A stretch of 62,932 nucleotides of DNA, filler included, from 5 parts of 5 records of this genome joined end to end with filler, not necessarily neighbours in it; one strand, 5' to 3'; counted from the whole stretch's first letter, positions 37,634 through 48,862 are shown. The notes: generated by a model not told the origin, from the letters alone. Made by a program: numbers and translations.

Positions 37634-39667
37634 TTACCAGGAATATCGAAGTGTAACACCAGCAGTAAACCCTGGGTTTCGGGTCACAGAATAGAGACCG
37701 GGTGTTTTATATTTATTGTCAAACAAATTCTTTGCAAACAGGCTTACATCAAAGGGGAAATAGTTTCTTATCCTCAGATTGAGATCCATCACCCAGGCCT
37801 GTCCACATGACAGGGTTTCATCTTCCACAGGGGAATAAATGCTCTGGCTGCCAAAATATCTGAGTTCCGGCACAAGGGATAAATTCCGGTTGATATCCCA
37901 AACCGCTTTCACCGTTCCCATGATATCCGGGCCAGTCTCATAGGCATGGGATAACTCAAGGTAGTGTTCTAATAATACATTACCCTCTTTATCATAGATG
38001 GTGTATTCTTTATGATAATACGTTTCATCAGTCCCTGAATTGTTCAGCAATGTCAGATTTGCGCACAGCGTCAAATTTTGGAAAAACTGATGTTCCACTT
38101 CCAGTTCCAGGCCATATATATCCTGACTGTTTGGACTTGAAAGGCCATATCCTGCATACCGGTCCTCAACAACATGATTCTCTATTACGTTTCGAAACAG
38201 GGTGGCAGCCGCCCGTGTTCCCATATGTTTCCATGAAAGTCCTAAATTCAAGCTAGTTATCTTTTCAAGCCCCGAGCCAGACTCCTCTTTCAGCTGGCGG
38301 GCAAAAGGAGTCCTATAGCCGGTACTGAAAATTCCTTTAAGGATGAACTTTTCTATGTTCCAGGCAAACCCAGTAGTATAGCTGATTTCATCCTCATAGG
38401 CGCTGTGGTTATCATAACGAGCACCAGCCCAGATTTCCACAAAATTAAACTTATGACGGTATTGTCCAAAAACAGAAAACAAATCATTGGAAAAATTAGG
38501 TTGTTCAAGCTCGGGTAAACGAAGATAGCCTTCATCTGTATCTGCTAAAAACGTTTGGAAAAAACCATCCCACACAGGAACCTGGTCATACTGATCAGAT
38601 CTCAAGGAGATCCCTGTGGTTAAAAGCGCCTTGGAAAGAAAAAATGACCTGTCGTAAATCAATTCGGCAAATATTGAAGATTCCTTCCGGTCAAAGGGGA
38701 TGTCTATAATGGAATAATCCAGGGACTTTCCGGACAGGTAGCCTGTAAAGCGCACCCCAGAATCCTGGTCAAAGGATTTTACAGCTTCAAGCTTTACCGT
38801 ATGCCGGGTTGATACAGCCTGCTCTTCCCAAGTAAAATCGCCAGCCCAGTCAGAAACCGTATATGCGTTAAGGCTGTCTGAAAGCTGCAATGAAAGCGTG
38901 AGCCAGTTTTCATAGGTTATGCTCCCGTAAAAACTTACAAAATGGGAATCGTCCACATTTTTACTCCCATACCGATTTTCAGGAAGGGCGGGTTCAATGC
39001 CGTCATTCCAGAAACGAACAATATTTGTTTCAGGGCCGTCTTCTTCTGCAAACCGCCCTGAAACAGAAGCAAACCCTGACCATCTGTCTTTTTCACATCC
39101 ATAGTTCAGGTAGACGTCCCCTGAACTATCGCCTGAAGATAAGTTAAGGCCGCTTTCAAAACCGTTAACATCCTTACCTGTGAGGGGAACAAGATTAACA
39201 ACCCCGGAAAAAGCATCCGGCCCCCACAACACAGAACTGCCCCCCCGTATCACTTCAATGCGCTTTACGGCGGCAAGACTTGTTTCATAATCCATATAGT
39301 TTTCGGATTTCACCACACCGGACCCCATGGGCACTGTATCAAAAAGAATCAAGGCGGAATTGGCAACACCTCTCAGAAAATACGTGCTGGATCTTTCAGT
39401 CTGATTTATATGAAATCCGGGTGTTCCTTCAAGGGCCTGTGAAAGGGTCACTGCATTGTTGTATTCAAACTCCTGCCTTGTGATAACATCAACAATGGCC
39501 GGCGCACTCCAGGCAGCCTCTTCTTTTCTGGAGGCAATGGACAGCATCTCTATATCCTCGCCCACAAACATGAGCATGGTATTTGATGCCCATGCCCAGG
39601 ACGCCAAAAAACAAATCCCGGCGGAAAATAAAATGATTATGGCTGTTTTAAGTTTACCTATCAACAT
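37634..39667 (-). CDS. TonB-dependent receptor
   Basis: Plug motifs IASRKEE..APAIVDVIT..LRG..VKRIEVIRGGSSVLWG; C-terminal NLFDNKY..GVTLRYSW. Confidence 0.92.
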   Translation of the reverse strand: MLIGKLKTAIIILFSAGICFLASWAWASNTMLMFVGEDIEMLSIASRKEEAAWSAPAIVDVITRQEFEYNNAVTLSQALEGTPGFHINQTERSSTYFLRGVANSALILFDTVPMGSGVVKSENYMDYETSLAAVKRIEVIRGGSSVLWGPDAFSGVVNLVPLTGKDVNGFESGLNLSSGDSSGDVYLNYGCEKDRWSGFASVSGRFAEEDGPETNIVRFWNDGIEPALPENRYGSKNVDDSHFVSFYGSITYENWLTLSLQLSDSLNAYTVSDWAGDFTWEEQAVSTRHTVKLEAVKSFDQDSGVRFTGYLSGKSLDYSIIDIPFDRKESSIFAELIYDRSFFLSKALLTTGISLRSDQYDQVPVWDGFFQTFLADTDEGYLRLPELEQPNFSNDLFSVFGQYRHKFNFVEIWAGARYDNHSAYEDEISYTTGFAWNIEKFILKGIFSTGYRTPFARQLKEESGSGLEKITSLNLGLSWKHMGTRAAATLFRNVIENHVVEDRYAGYGLSSPNSQDIYGLELEVEHQFFQNLTLCANLTLLNNSGTDETYYHKEYTIYDKEGNVLLEHYLELSHAYETGPDIMGTVKAVWDINRNLSLVPELRYFGSQSIYSPVEDETLSCGQAWVMDLNLRIRNYFPFDVSLFAKNLFDNKYKTPGLYSVTRNPGFTAGVTLRYSW

Positions 39668-39674
39668 CCCACCT

Positions 39675-41030
39675 TTACTGGTCTGGTTCCATATTTTTCA
39701 GCAGCACCCTGAATTTGGAACGGCTTATGCCCAAAAGCTTTGCTGCATATGTCTGGTTGTTGCCGGATTTATCCAATGCCTGTTTTACAAGACTCATCTG
39801 AACCGTCTGCAACGGGATGCCGTTGGACGGGAGCCTGATTACCGTTTGCTGAGAAGAGTTGACCGGCTGAGCCACCTGTAGAAAAGACAACGTCTGGGAA
39901 GTAATTTTTTGTGTATCCCTGGTCAATATCAGACAGCGTTCAAGGACGTTGGCAAGCTCCCTGACGTTTCCCGGCCAAGGGTATTCCATAAGCTTGGCTC
40001 TGGCACCTTCACTGAGTTGGTGTTCTGCACCAAAGGAAAATGTAGTGATAATATGCTTTGCAAGCGGGACAATATCTTCTTTTCTAAGACGCAGCGGCGG
40101 AATTTCAATGGGAAATACATTGATTCTGTAATAGAGATCCTGACGAAATTTTTTATTCACAATCATTTGGCCAAGGTTCTGGTTGGTCGCACAGATGACC
40201 CTGACGTCAACAGGGATCTCTTCATTGCCCCCAACTCTTTGAATTTTTTTCTCCTGCAGGGCCCGTAAAAGCTTGCCCTGGGAATTCAGGGGCATATCCC
40301 CTATCTCATCAAGGAATAGGGTACCGGCGTCAGAAAACTCAAACCGGCCACGGGTCCGGGCAGATGCGCCGGTAAAGGCACCTTTTTCATATCCGAACAA
40401 CTCTGACTCCACAAGATGGGAAGAAATGGCTGCGCAGTTTACTGCCACAAATCTCTTATCGCATCTATGGCTTTTGTTGTGAATATAATTTGCAAGCACC
40501 TCTTTGCCTGTTCCCGACTCCCCTAAAATCAACACCGCAGTATCCACTGTGGCCACATTATCTGCTAAAGCCACCACGTCCTGCATTGCCTTTGATTTAT
40601 AAATAAGATTCTTTGACTTATTTGCCCCGGAAAGGACCTGTTTCATTTCCTGGTTTTCGGTTATCAACCGGGATAAGTTTATTGCCTTTTCAACGGCCAA
40701 ATAAATTTTTGCTGAGTCAAAGGGTTTGGTTATATAATCGCATGCGCCTTGTTGCATCATTTCCACGGCTGATTCAATGGTTGCAAAAGCAGTAATGAAA
40801 ATTACGGGCGTTAAAATATGTTTCTCCCGCATTTTGCTGATAAGCTGTCTGCCGTCCATGACAGGCATTTTAATATCTGAGATTATTAAATCATAGCTGT
40901 TATGCTCCAGCATTTCAAGCGCATTGGCACCATCAACAGCTTTATGGGTTTTCATACCCTTTCTTTCAAGCATCATTGAAAGAAGGTTTCTTAATTTTTC
41001 TTCGTCATCAACTATTAATATCTGTGTCAT
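39675..41030 (-). CDS. NtrC-family sigma54-dependent response regulator
   Basis: VDDE, SDIKMP, GESGTGKE, ESELFGYEKGAFTGA, WPGNVREL, Fis HTH. Confidence 0.95.
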   Translation of the reverse strand: MTQILIVDDEEKLRNLLSMMLERKGMKTHKAVDGANALEMLEHNSYDLIISDIKMPVMDGRQLISKMREKHILTPVIFITAFATIESAVEMMQQGACDYITKPFDSAKIYLAVEKAINLSRLITENQEMKQVLSGANKSKNLIYKSKAMQDVVALADNVATVDTAVLILGESGTGKEVLANYIHNKSHRCDKRFVAVNCAAISSHLVESELFGYEKGAFTGASARTRGRFEFSDAGTLFLDEIGDMPLNSQGKLLRALQEKKIQRVGGNEEIPVDVRVICATNQNLGQMIVNKKFRQDLYYRINVFPIEIPPLRLRKEDIVPLAKHIITTFSFGAEHQLSEGARAKLMEYPWPGNVRELANVLERCLILTRDTQKITSQTLSFLQVAQPVNSSQQTVIRLPSNGIPLQTVQMSLVKQALDKSGNNQTYAAKLLGISRSKFRVLLKNMEPDQ

Positions 41031-42465
41031 AAACTTTTAACACCTCTGGTTCCCGAATATTTGAAAACAATGTTACGCAAAAGCAGCATCCACCGCCTTT
41101 TGGAGATTCTATACTTATGTTTCCACCGTGGGCTTTTATTGCCTGATCGGCAAAAGCAAGTCCCAGGCCTGTTCCAGTTGACTTGGTGGTAAAAAAAGGT
41201 TCAAAAATCTTAAGCTTTTTATCCTGGCTGATGCCCGGCCCCTGATCTTGAACAAAAAGCTCCCACTTGTGTGCAGTTTTATCCATCTTATGATGTTCCA
41301 CCACGCTTATTATGACCACACCTTTATTATCATTGGCCTCACAGGCGTTTGAAATGATATTTCCTATTCCTCGCGCAAGCAGGTCAAAATCAGCCTGGGC
41401 CTCAAACTTGGATTCAGGAATTCTGCAGTCCAGTTTAACGCCGGTAGTTGATGATTGGATATCAAATCCCATGACGATCTGTTCCATCAACTGGTTTAAA
41501 TTTACCTTTTCAAACTGTGGTTTTGCAGGCTTTGAAAACATTAAAAAACTTTCAATAAGGTGATTCAAGCGAACAATTTCCTCCTCTGCATAGCTTAAAA
41601 GCAAATTATCGTCCGGAATATTAAATTCAGACTTAATCAATTCAAGGGAGGACTTAATAATTCCCAAAGGATTTTTAACCTCATGGGCGATCATCATTGA
41701 AAACTTACCCACTTCTACCAAAGCCTGTTGCCTGGTCAGTTTTTCGTATGTACGCACAAGGGTTTTACGGCCCTGGGCCAAAGAATCAAGCATGTTGTTG
41801 AAAGCCTGACTCAACCGGATGATTTCTGGGGTGGTGCCGGGGGCAGCCCGCACATCTCGGTTGCCCATTGACACCTTTCTGGCTGTAGCCGCAAGAGAAA
41901 CAATGGGAGCCACAAGGGATCTTGAAATAAAATAAAAAATCAGGCAGGAAACGAAAATAAAAGCAAGGGTGCTAACAAACACCTGATTTTTCATTGTATT
42001 TATAAGTTCAGAGATACCCTGGACCGAATAAGTTATCTTCACTTCCCCTATGATTTCCGAAGCTTTATTTTTTTCCGTTTCTCCGACCCAAGTCAGGGTT
42101 TCCTGGCTGGTTGATGAAAAAACACTTTTGTTGATCTGTTCAAAGGGGCCGGGTAAAATCCGGTTTCCCTCGGCAAGGGTATTTTTGTTTTGGTCCAAAA
42201 TTGCGACGGCTGTAACATCATTTTCTTTAAGCATATTCTCTACCAACCCCTGAAGCAGATGTTTTTCTCCGATCAACAAACCAAGTTCGCAGTTCAAAGC
42301 CAGGTACTGGGTCATGAAATCAATACGCTGGTGAAAGCGCTTAGTAACAAAATTGCTGATCATAAATATTCCAAGCCACCCTAAAATCAAAGTGGTCAGT
42401 GTGATCAGTATCACTGCCGCCGAAAGAAGACGCGCATGGATGCTAATATTTCTAAAAGCCAACAT
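41008..42465 (-). CDS. HAMP-domain sensor histidine kinase
   Basis: Two TM helices, HAMP, AHEVKNPL, NACEA, DQGPGI, FEPFFTTK.TGTGLGL. Confidence 0.95.
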   Translation of the reverse strand: MLAFRNISIHARLLSAAVILITLTTLILGWLGIFMISNFVTKRFHQRIDFMTQYLALNCELGLLIGEKHLLQGLVENMLKENDVTAVAILDQNKNTLAEGNRILPGPFEQINKSVFSSTSQETLTWVGETEKNKASEIIGEVKITYSVQGISELINTMKNQVFVSTLAFIFVSCLIFYFISRSLVAPIVSLAATARKVSMGNRDVRAAPGTTPEIIRLSQAFNNMLDSLAQGRKTLVRTYEKLTRQQALVEVGKFSMMIAHEVKNPLGIIKSSLELIKSEFNIPDDNLLLSYAEEEIVRLNHLIESFLMFSKPAKPQFEKVNLNQLMEQIVMGFDIQSSTTGVKLDCRIPESKFEAQADFDLLARGIGNIISNACEANDNKGVVIISVVEHHKMDKTAHKWELFVQDQGPGISQDKKLKIFEPFFTTKSTGTGLGLAFADQAIKAHGGNISIESPKGGGCCFCVTLFSNIREPEVLKVYDTDINS

Positions 42466-43445
42466 TATTCTTTAACGCGGATTCCTATTTTTTTTGCGAT
42501 TCTCTGGTTAACAATGGTTTTAAACACAGGAGTCTCAGCCACCCATTCACCTGATTCGAGAAACGCTTTTATTTTGAATGCTGCCTGCCTTCCTAATGCT
42601 TCATAATCAAATTCAAAGGAAAAAACCGCACCAGACAGGGTAAAAAAAGAGTTATAACCGATCACGCCCGTGCCCTGATAAATTCCCTGTTTGATTACAT
42701 ACTGAATAATTTTTTTGGAAATAACTGTCTGGTCCGGAATCATCCAAATGGCATCGATTTTCCTTGTCTGAGCTTTAAGTTGTTGGAAAATCTTTTTTTT
42801 TGAGTCTACTTTTATGGGAATTATTTCAAAAGAATGATTTAAGGCTGCGGCCTTCGCCTGATCATAGAATTTCTGATTAAATCTTGCATCGAACAAAATA
42901 CCAATAGCGCCAAGATTTTCAAAATGCCGATCAATCTCTTTGACCTGGATGCCAACGGGTATTTTTAAAGCAATGCCCTTGGCATCATCCGGCAATCCTG
43001 TGCAATTTTCCGGATCAAGGATGGCAGTGTATACTTTAGAAGATTGAATACTTGTTATTTCCCAAATAAAAACAGCCGCCTCAGGACCTATAGCTGTAAT
43101 CAGTTTATAATTCTTCAGTGTGAGTTGATGCAGGACGTTGTCCTGAATTGATTTTGTTTCAGGGTCAAGAATAAAAATATCAACATCCAGTTGAACTTCT
43201 TGGGATTTAGCTTTGATCCCATCACCGACTTGGATATATGGTTTAATTTTTTTTGAAATAACAACGGCTATACGATCATCACCTTTACCGCCATCAGCCA
43301 GGCATGGGTGGTGAAACAAGCAGGGGCACAAACCTATACAAATTATTAAAAAGAGACAACGTGCCCCCCTGGGCATGGATATCCCAAGACATTTCATAGT
43401 CCTGCCATGGCATACCCTTATTATCTCAAACAATTTTTCAGCCAA
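42465..43445 (-). CDS. ABC_sub_bind-type periplasmic binding protein
   Basis: ITAIGPEA, IGILFD, DAIWMIPDQTV, DYEALGRQAA, IVNQRIAKKIGI; start codon uncertain. Confidence 0.8.
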   Translation of the reverse strand: MAEKLFEIIRVCHGRTMKCLGISMPRGARCLFLIICIGLCPCLFHHPCLADGGKGDDRIAVVISKKIKPYIQVGDGIKAKSQEVQLDVDIFILDPETKSIQDNVLHQLTLKNYKLITAIGPEAAVFIWEITSIQSSKVYTAILDPENCTGLPDDAKGIALKIPVGIQVKEIDRHFENLGAIGILFDARFNQKFYDQAKAAALNHSFEIIPIKVDSKKKIFQQLKAQTRKIDAIWMIPDQTVISKKIIQYVIKQGIYQGTGVIGYNSFFTLSGAVFSFEFDYEALGRQAAFKIKAFLESGEWVAETPVFKTIVNQRIAKKIGIRVKE

Positions 43446-43515
43446 GTAAATTACCCGAATTCCATGTTAAATTATTAAAAGCCTGTGCATACACTAATTT
43501 ATTGGTACCAGGATT

Positions 43516-43696
43516 TCAAGACCTGCGTACGATAGCCTCCCACCATTGCTCCTTGCCCAGGAACCAATCAATAATTTTTTCCATGGCAACGGCAAAGGCC
43601 TCATTGGATGAAAAACCAAGGATTTGACGTATCTAATCCGAACTTATGGTCCGGGTTCATCCTTGAATTTGGACAAATTCCCTAAAAACTGGATTA
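43516..43696 (-). pseudogene. Possible degraded 3' end of dTDP-glucose 4,6-dehydratase (rmlB-like)
   Basis: Out-of-frame pieces EFVQ / KDEPG / ILGFSSNEAFAVAMEKIIDWFLGKEQWWEAI* resemble the RmlB C-terminus. Confidence 0.4.
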
Positions 43697-43796
43697 NNNN
43701 NNNNNNNNNNNNNNNNNNNNNNNNNNNNNNNNNNNNNNNNTTAATTAATTAANNNNNNNNNNNNNNNNNNNNNNNNNNNNNNNNNNNNNNNNNNNN
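43697..43796. other. Artificial contig linker
   Basis: N44-TTAATTAATTAA-N44. Confidence 0.98.
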
Positions 43797-45461
43797 GGGC
43801 AGGGTCAGCATGATCATGGGGATGATATTCATGACCATCCCTAAAATCAGGTAAAGAACCAGGATCAGGACGAAAAGTACATAACGGGAGACATTCAGAC
43901 CCTCCAGAAAACCGGCCAGTTCCATGGGAATCTGGGTGAGGGTGACAAAATTCCCCAGGATGGTCACCCCGATGAGGATGGTCAGGATCATGGTGGACAT
44001 TTCAATGCCCCCGATCAACGCCTCCAAAAGCCCTTTCCAGGAAAACTCCTTGGACAGGGCGGCGATGACGAGAGCGCCGATGGCGCCGACCCCTCCCGCC
44101 TCCGTGGGGGTCACAAGGCCCGAGTAGATGCCCCCGATGACCACGCAGAAGAGCAGAAACACCTGCCACACATCTTTGAGGGATGCGATCTTCTCCGAAA
44201 GGGTTGATGGGGCTGCCGCGGGCCCCAGGTTCGGGTTCATTCGGCATCGGATGTAGACCGTGACGGCAAAGAGTACCATGAGCAGAAAACCGGGGATCAT
44301 GCCGGCCATGAAGAGCTGGCCCACGGACTGTTCGGTGATGATGCCGTAGGCGATGAACCCGATACTGGGGGGGATCAAAATGCCTAAGGTTCCGCCTGCC
44401 GCCACCGATCCGGTGGCCAGTGCGTCGTCGTAATGATATTTCTTCATTTCGGGAAGGGAGACGGAACTCATGGTGGCGGCCGTGGCCATGCTGTCTCCGC
44501 AGATGGCCGCGAAACCGCCGCACCCGAGAACCGTGCCCACGGCCAGCCCCCCCGGCATCTGACCGAACCAGGCGTGAGATGCCTTGTAAAGGGAACGGCT
44601 GACCCCCGCCTTGAGGCACAGAAGCCCCATAAGAATAAAAAACGGCACGACGCAAAGATAATACTCGCTCACGGAGTCATAGACGGAAATTCCGAGGGCG
44701 CCCATGGAAATTTTGAATCCCGTCAGGTACCAGAGGCCCAAAACCCCCGTCAGCCCCATGGAAAATGCGATGGGGAAGCCGAGCATCATCATGACCAGCA
44801 TGAGGAGCAGGAAAAGGAGGCCCGTGGTCATGCTGCCGAGCTTGATTGCGCCCAGTTTCAGCAGTACCGGAAAAATGAGAACGACTATGGAAACGGCCAG
44901 GATGGCCGAAAACCATAGCCATGGGTTCTTCTCGTTTTTCAGAATCTTACCGATATAGTTCAGCAGGTCTTCAAGGAGTACAAGGGTAATCAAAGCACAG
45001 CCGAAAGCGGCTATGAAATAGAAGGGATAGATGGGAATCTGGGTAACGCCCGCAGCCGATCCGTTTCCGAAAGCGTCCACGGTCCGAACCGCCAGCCGCC
45101 AGCTGATGAGAAAAAATAGAAAGGCGCCGAAAATTGAAAAAACCGCCCCGAAAAAAGTCTTTGTTTTGGGCGAAAACCGGCTGGTGACCAGATCAATGGC
45201 CACATGGCGCCGCCGGATCATGGTCTGCGCCAGACTCAGAAAGGTAATCACCACCAAAAGGAAGGTTTCATATTCCAGGATACCGGCCATGGGGCGGTTG
45301 AACCCCAGCCGCAGAATCAGGTCCAGAATGATCACGGCCGCCATGAACAGAGAAAGGACGGCGCTCAAATAACCGAGATATTTACTGATGGGGTGGATGA
45401 ACCGCTTCAAACCGGATGCCATGGACGCTAGAATATCGCCTACTCTGATGGCGCTTGACAT
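43797..45461 (-). CDS. TRAP transporter fused small and large permease (DctQM), 3' truncated
   Basis: DctQ HVAIDL; DctM VPFFILMG, AAGGTLGILIPPS, TPTEAG. Confidence 0.92.
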
Positions 45462-45526
45462 TTCACCTCCCGTTTATTGCCTTTTGTTCAAAGGTCGGAT
45501 TTTTCTTAGTCAAATGAGACTGCGGA

Positions 45527-46609
45527 TCACTGATTTGAAAGCCCACGCACCAATAAACGCTCCTGCCCCCATTCGATGAGATTTTTGGCGACCTCATCCC
45601 GGTCCGATTCGGCTCTTGCCGCCAGTTCGATCGCTTCGGAAGGGCATGTTATGACGCACACCCCGCAACCGATACAACGGTCGGGGGAAACACGGAAATT
45701 TTCATCCTCTTCAATGATTGCGTCCACGGGGCATCGTTCGTCACGGCATGTGCCGCAGGAAACGCAGCTGTCCGCATCGATAACCGCCACATATGGACTT
45801 CTGGCCAGGATGTAGGGCGCCTTGAATTCCTTCATGCTACGCAAGAGACCACAACAACAGGAGCAGCAATTGCAGATGAATCCGCCGATGGCTTCCTCCA
45901 CATTGTATGTGTTATGAACCAGGCCTTCTTTCTCGGTTTCATCGATTATTAATAACGCCTCTTCTTTGGTAATAATATCCCCGTCCAGATTAAAATAGTC
46001 GTAGGCGCCTTCCTCCATGGAATATTGAAGGCAATTTTTTAACGTATGCTCGCAACGATTTCCAAGAAGGCCCTGCTCCCTTCGGCAAATACAATCCTGC
46101 ACCCTGAATGAGTTCGCCTTCTTAATAATCTGACGAACATCTTCGTATTGGAGTATTTGAAGGTCTGTTTTAATCCCTTGGTTGACGGGAATTACCCGGG
46201 TCACATGGGGTCGGTGGCCTCCCAGTTTTTGGCTGAGGAACGGCAGGTACTCTTCAAAGAGTTCCGCCAGTTCTTTGGTGAGCCGTTCTCTCCGCTGAAA
46301 CTCGTATATCCCCACAACGAATGGAACCGATCGATACACTTGACGGCCGGCCATTTTGGAAGTCCCGATTTGACCTTTCCTGGCCATATCATCGAGAACG
46401 GTTCGCATCTCCACCAGCGGTTTTCCCAGACGCTCGGCGATCTCTTCGGCTGTTTCCGGGTCGGACCGCATTTTTAAGGCCATCTCGGCTTCATGGGGCG
46501 AAAATATGATTTGCAATATCCGCAGTTCAACCCCGCTTTCCGTAGCGGGAAAACCGTTGGGCAATTCATCGAGCTTCTTGGCCAGAAGCGTATAAATGTC
46601 TTTGTTCAT
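45527..46609 (-). CDS. Multi-cluster 4Fe-4S binding protein
   Basis: CICR, ICNCCSCCCG, CVSCGTC..RCP, CIGCGVCVITCP. Confidence 0.88.
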   Translation of the reverse strand: MNKDIYTLLAKKLDELPNGFPATESGVELRILQIIFSPHEAEMALKMRSDPETAEEIAERLGKPLVEMRTVLDDMARKGQIGTSKMAGRQVYRSVPFVVGIYEFQRRERLTKELAELFEEYLPFLSQKLGGHRPHVTRVIPVNQGIKTDLQILQYEDVRQIIKKANSFRVQDCICRREQGLLGNRCEHTLKNCLQYSMEEGAYDYFNLDGDIITKEEALLIIDETEKEGLVHNTYNVEEAIGGFICNCCSCCCGLLRSMKEFKAPYILARSPYVAVIDADSCVSCGTCRDERCPVDAIIEEDENFRVSPDRCIGCGVCVITCPSEAIELAARAESDRDEVAKNLIEWGQERLLVRGLSNQ

Positions 46610-46717
46610 GGTCCTTGCCTCTTTTGGAAACACCAAAGAAGTGCCGGCATCATCCCCGAGGATCCGCCGACACTTCCCGGATACCCTTTCCGACATCATT
46701 TTTTTAACGGCTTGTGC

Positions 46718-47797
46718 CTACTTCTGCCAGCTTTTCCCCCACCACGGAGCCGGTTTATGGGTGGCTTTCTTGACATCTTCCGCAAGGGCTTGAACCTTTT
46801 TCAGGATGGCCTCGCCGTCCACGCCCTTGGCACTCACCTGTTTGACCCAACCCTGGTAAACGGGCATGACCTTTTCTTTCCACTGCGCCTTTTGTTCCGG
46901 CGTCGGGTGATAGATGAAATCTCCCCGTTTTTTAAGGGCCCCTTCAACTTTCTGACCGTATTTGGCGAACACGTGTCCCACCAGAAGACCGATGGAAGGC
47001 GCCAGTTCTTCAAACACCTTTTGAACATCCGGCGGCAGAGATTTCCATTTGTCCAGATTCATGACGATGGGGTTCTGCCCGGCGGTAAAATTCAGCACCG
47101 TGTGGCTGTCGGTCACTTCCGTAAGACGAAAGGCCTTGAGGGCCACCCACGGGAAGGTGCAACCATCCAAAGCCCCCCGCTGAAGGCTCATGTAGAGATC
47201 CTCGATCTTGGTCATACGGGGTACGGCCCCCCATAATTTCACGCATTTAACGCTGGTGGCCGATCCGGGCCATACCTTTTTTCCAGCCAGATCCTGATAT
47301 TTTTCAATATGAACGCTTTTCATATCCAGATTGACCAGTTCGGTGGTATGAAACCCCAGAACTTTCAGCCCCCCGTATTCCTTTCTGATTTCAGGAATGG
47401 CCTGGAAAGCCCGGTAGTAAAGGTCCGCCACTTGGACGGCCGAATCGGTCATAAAGGGGAGAATAATCACCGTGGAGACGGGAAACTGGCTCTCCACGGT
47501 CCACAGGGCCATGGGCATGGCCATATCCGCCAGGCCGGTTTTCACCGCATCATAGGTCTGGGCCGCTTTTGCCAGGGTGCCGCCGGGAAACCATTTGAAT
47601 TTCACCTTTCCGTTGGTCCGTTCTTCGATGACCTTGGCGTAGGGCTCATAGGCTTCCTTGAACATGACATGTTGTGGCGGATACCAACTGGCCACCTTAA
47701 TCTCGATGACATCTTCGGCAATGGCCTGGCCTGCGATCATACCGCCAAAAATAAACCCAAACAACCCCAAAAAACATAATATTTTCTTAATGGCCAT
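46718..47797 (-). CDS. dctP: TRAP substrate-binding protein, DctP family
   Basis: Signal peptide; IEERTNGKVKF..PGGTL; LYMSLQRGALDG; MNLDKWKSLPPD. Confidence 0.9.
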   Translation of the reverse strand: MAIKKILCFLGLFGFIFGGMIAGQAIAEDVIEIKVASWYPPQHVMFKEAYEPYAKVIEERTNGKVKFKWFPGGTLAKAAQTYDAVKTGLADMAMPMALWTVESQFPVSTVIILPFMTDSAVQVADLYYRAFQAIPEIRKEYGGLKVLGFHTTELVNLDMKSVHIEKYQDLAGKKVWPGSATSVKCVKLWGAVPRMTKIEDLYMSLQRGALDGCTFPWVALKAFRLTEVTDSHTVLNFTAGQNPIVMNLDKWKSLPPDVQKVFEELAPSIGLLVGHVFAKYGQKVEGALKKRGDFIYHPTPEQKAQWKEKVMPVYQGWVKQVSAKGVDGEAILKKVQALAEDVKKATHKPAPWWGKSWQK

Positions 47798-47873
47798 GTC
47801 ATTTTCTCCTTTCATCTTCTTTAAATTTGGTTTTATGATGAGATAATCAAACCCTCGGTCCGAGGGAACGTCC

Positions 47874-48824
47874 CTAAGCCCCTCTAAATGCCTTCAGGGT
47901 TTTGATAATCCCTTTGTTTGTCCGCTCCCAGAACTCATTGGAGCCCGGCATTTCGTAATGATAAAAGCCCTTCCCGGTCTTGATTCCCAATTCGCCCTTA
48001 TTCACCTTCTTCCGAATGACTTCGGGTGGTTTATAGCCTGGATTCCCGGTTATTTCATGTAGGTACTTCAGGACATTGTATACCGTGTCCAATCCGCACA
48101 TATCAAGAAACTGTATGGGACCTACACTTGGCAACCGCAATCCGAACCCGTTTTTGACCACACTGTCCACATCCTCGGGCAAAGCAACCTTCTGTTCTAT
48201 CAGCGCCAAAGCCGCGTTGATCAGGGCAAATTGGAGATAATTATGAATAAATCCCGGCGTATCCTTACAGAATATGGGGTGCTTTCCGGTCATTTTCAAC
48301 AATTCAAATGCCAATCCCTTCGTCCCGGCAGACGTCTTTTCACCGCAGACGATTTCGACCATGGGACTCAGATGGGCCGGAATCGTCCAGTGAGCGGTTA
48401 TGGCCCTTTCAGGGGTCTTCATTTTAGCGGCTATCCGGTTGATACTCATGGAAGATGTATTGGATGCAATAATAATGTCCTTAGAGCAGAGCGCATCGCA
48501 TCTTGAAAAAACAGACTGCTTGGTCTCCATGTCTTCAGGAACGGCTTCCATAATAAAGTCTGCGTTCGAGACCGATCCTTCCCATTCCAGAGTCCGGGTG
48601 ATACGGTCTTGAGCGGTGACTGCCTCTCGTTCAGTCAGAATACCGCCTTCCACCATTTGCCGACAGTTCAGCGAGGTTTTCTTGGCCGCACGTTCGAGAG
48701 GCTTCTCCAGTATGTCCACGCCCGTCACTTCGTAACCGGACAGTGCAAACGAGAGGGCGATATCAGGACCCATTACACCCTGGCCCAGTACGGTCACCTT
48801 CCTGATATATTCAAGATCCTCCAT
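47874..48824 (-). CDS. 3-hydroxyacyl-CoA dehydrogenase family protein
   Basis: GQGVMG Rossmann motif, EAVPED, ASNTSS, HW..PA...VEIV, PGFIHN, KTGKGFY. Confidence 0.92.
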   Translation of the reverse strand: MEDLEYIRKVTVLGQGVMGPDIALSFALSGYEVTGVDILEKPLERAAKKTSLNCRQMVEGGILTEREAVTAQDRITRTLEWEGSVSNADFIMEAVPEDMETKQSVFSRCDALCSKDIIIASNTSSMSINRIAAKMKTPERAITAHWTIPAHLSPMVEIVCGEKTSAGTKGLAFELLKMTGKHPIFCKDTPGFIHNYLQFALINAALALIEQKVALPEDVDSVVKNGFGLRLPSVGPIQFLDMCGLDTVYNVLKYLHEITGNPGYKPPEVIRKKVNKGELGIKTGKGFYHYEMPGSNEFWERTNKGIIKTLKAFRGA

Positions 48825-48862
48825 TTGACATTCCTAATGAACAACGGATTTCGCGTCTGACC

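Noticed and set aside
17176-43796. Four identical TTAATTAATTAA motifs inside N runs, and gene neighbourhoods that span them
   Set aside because: Artificial six-frame-stop linkers between unrelated contigs; ORF ends running into X residues are artefacts
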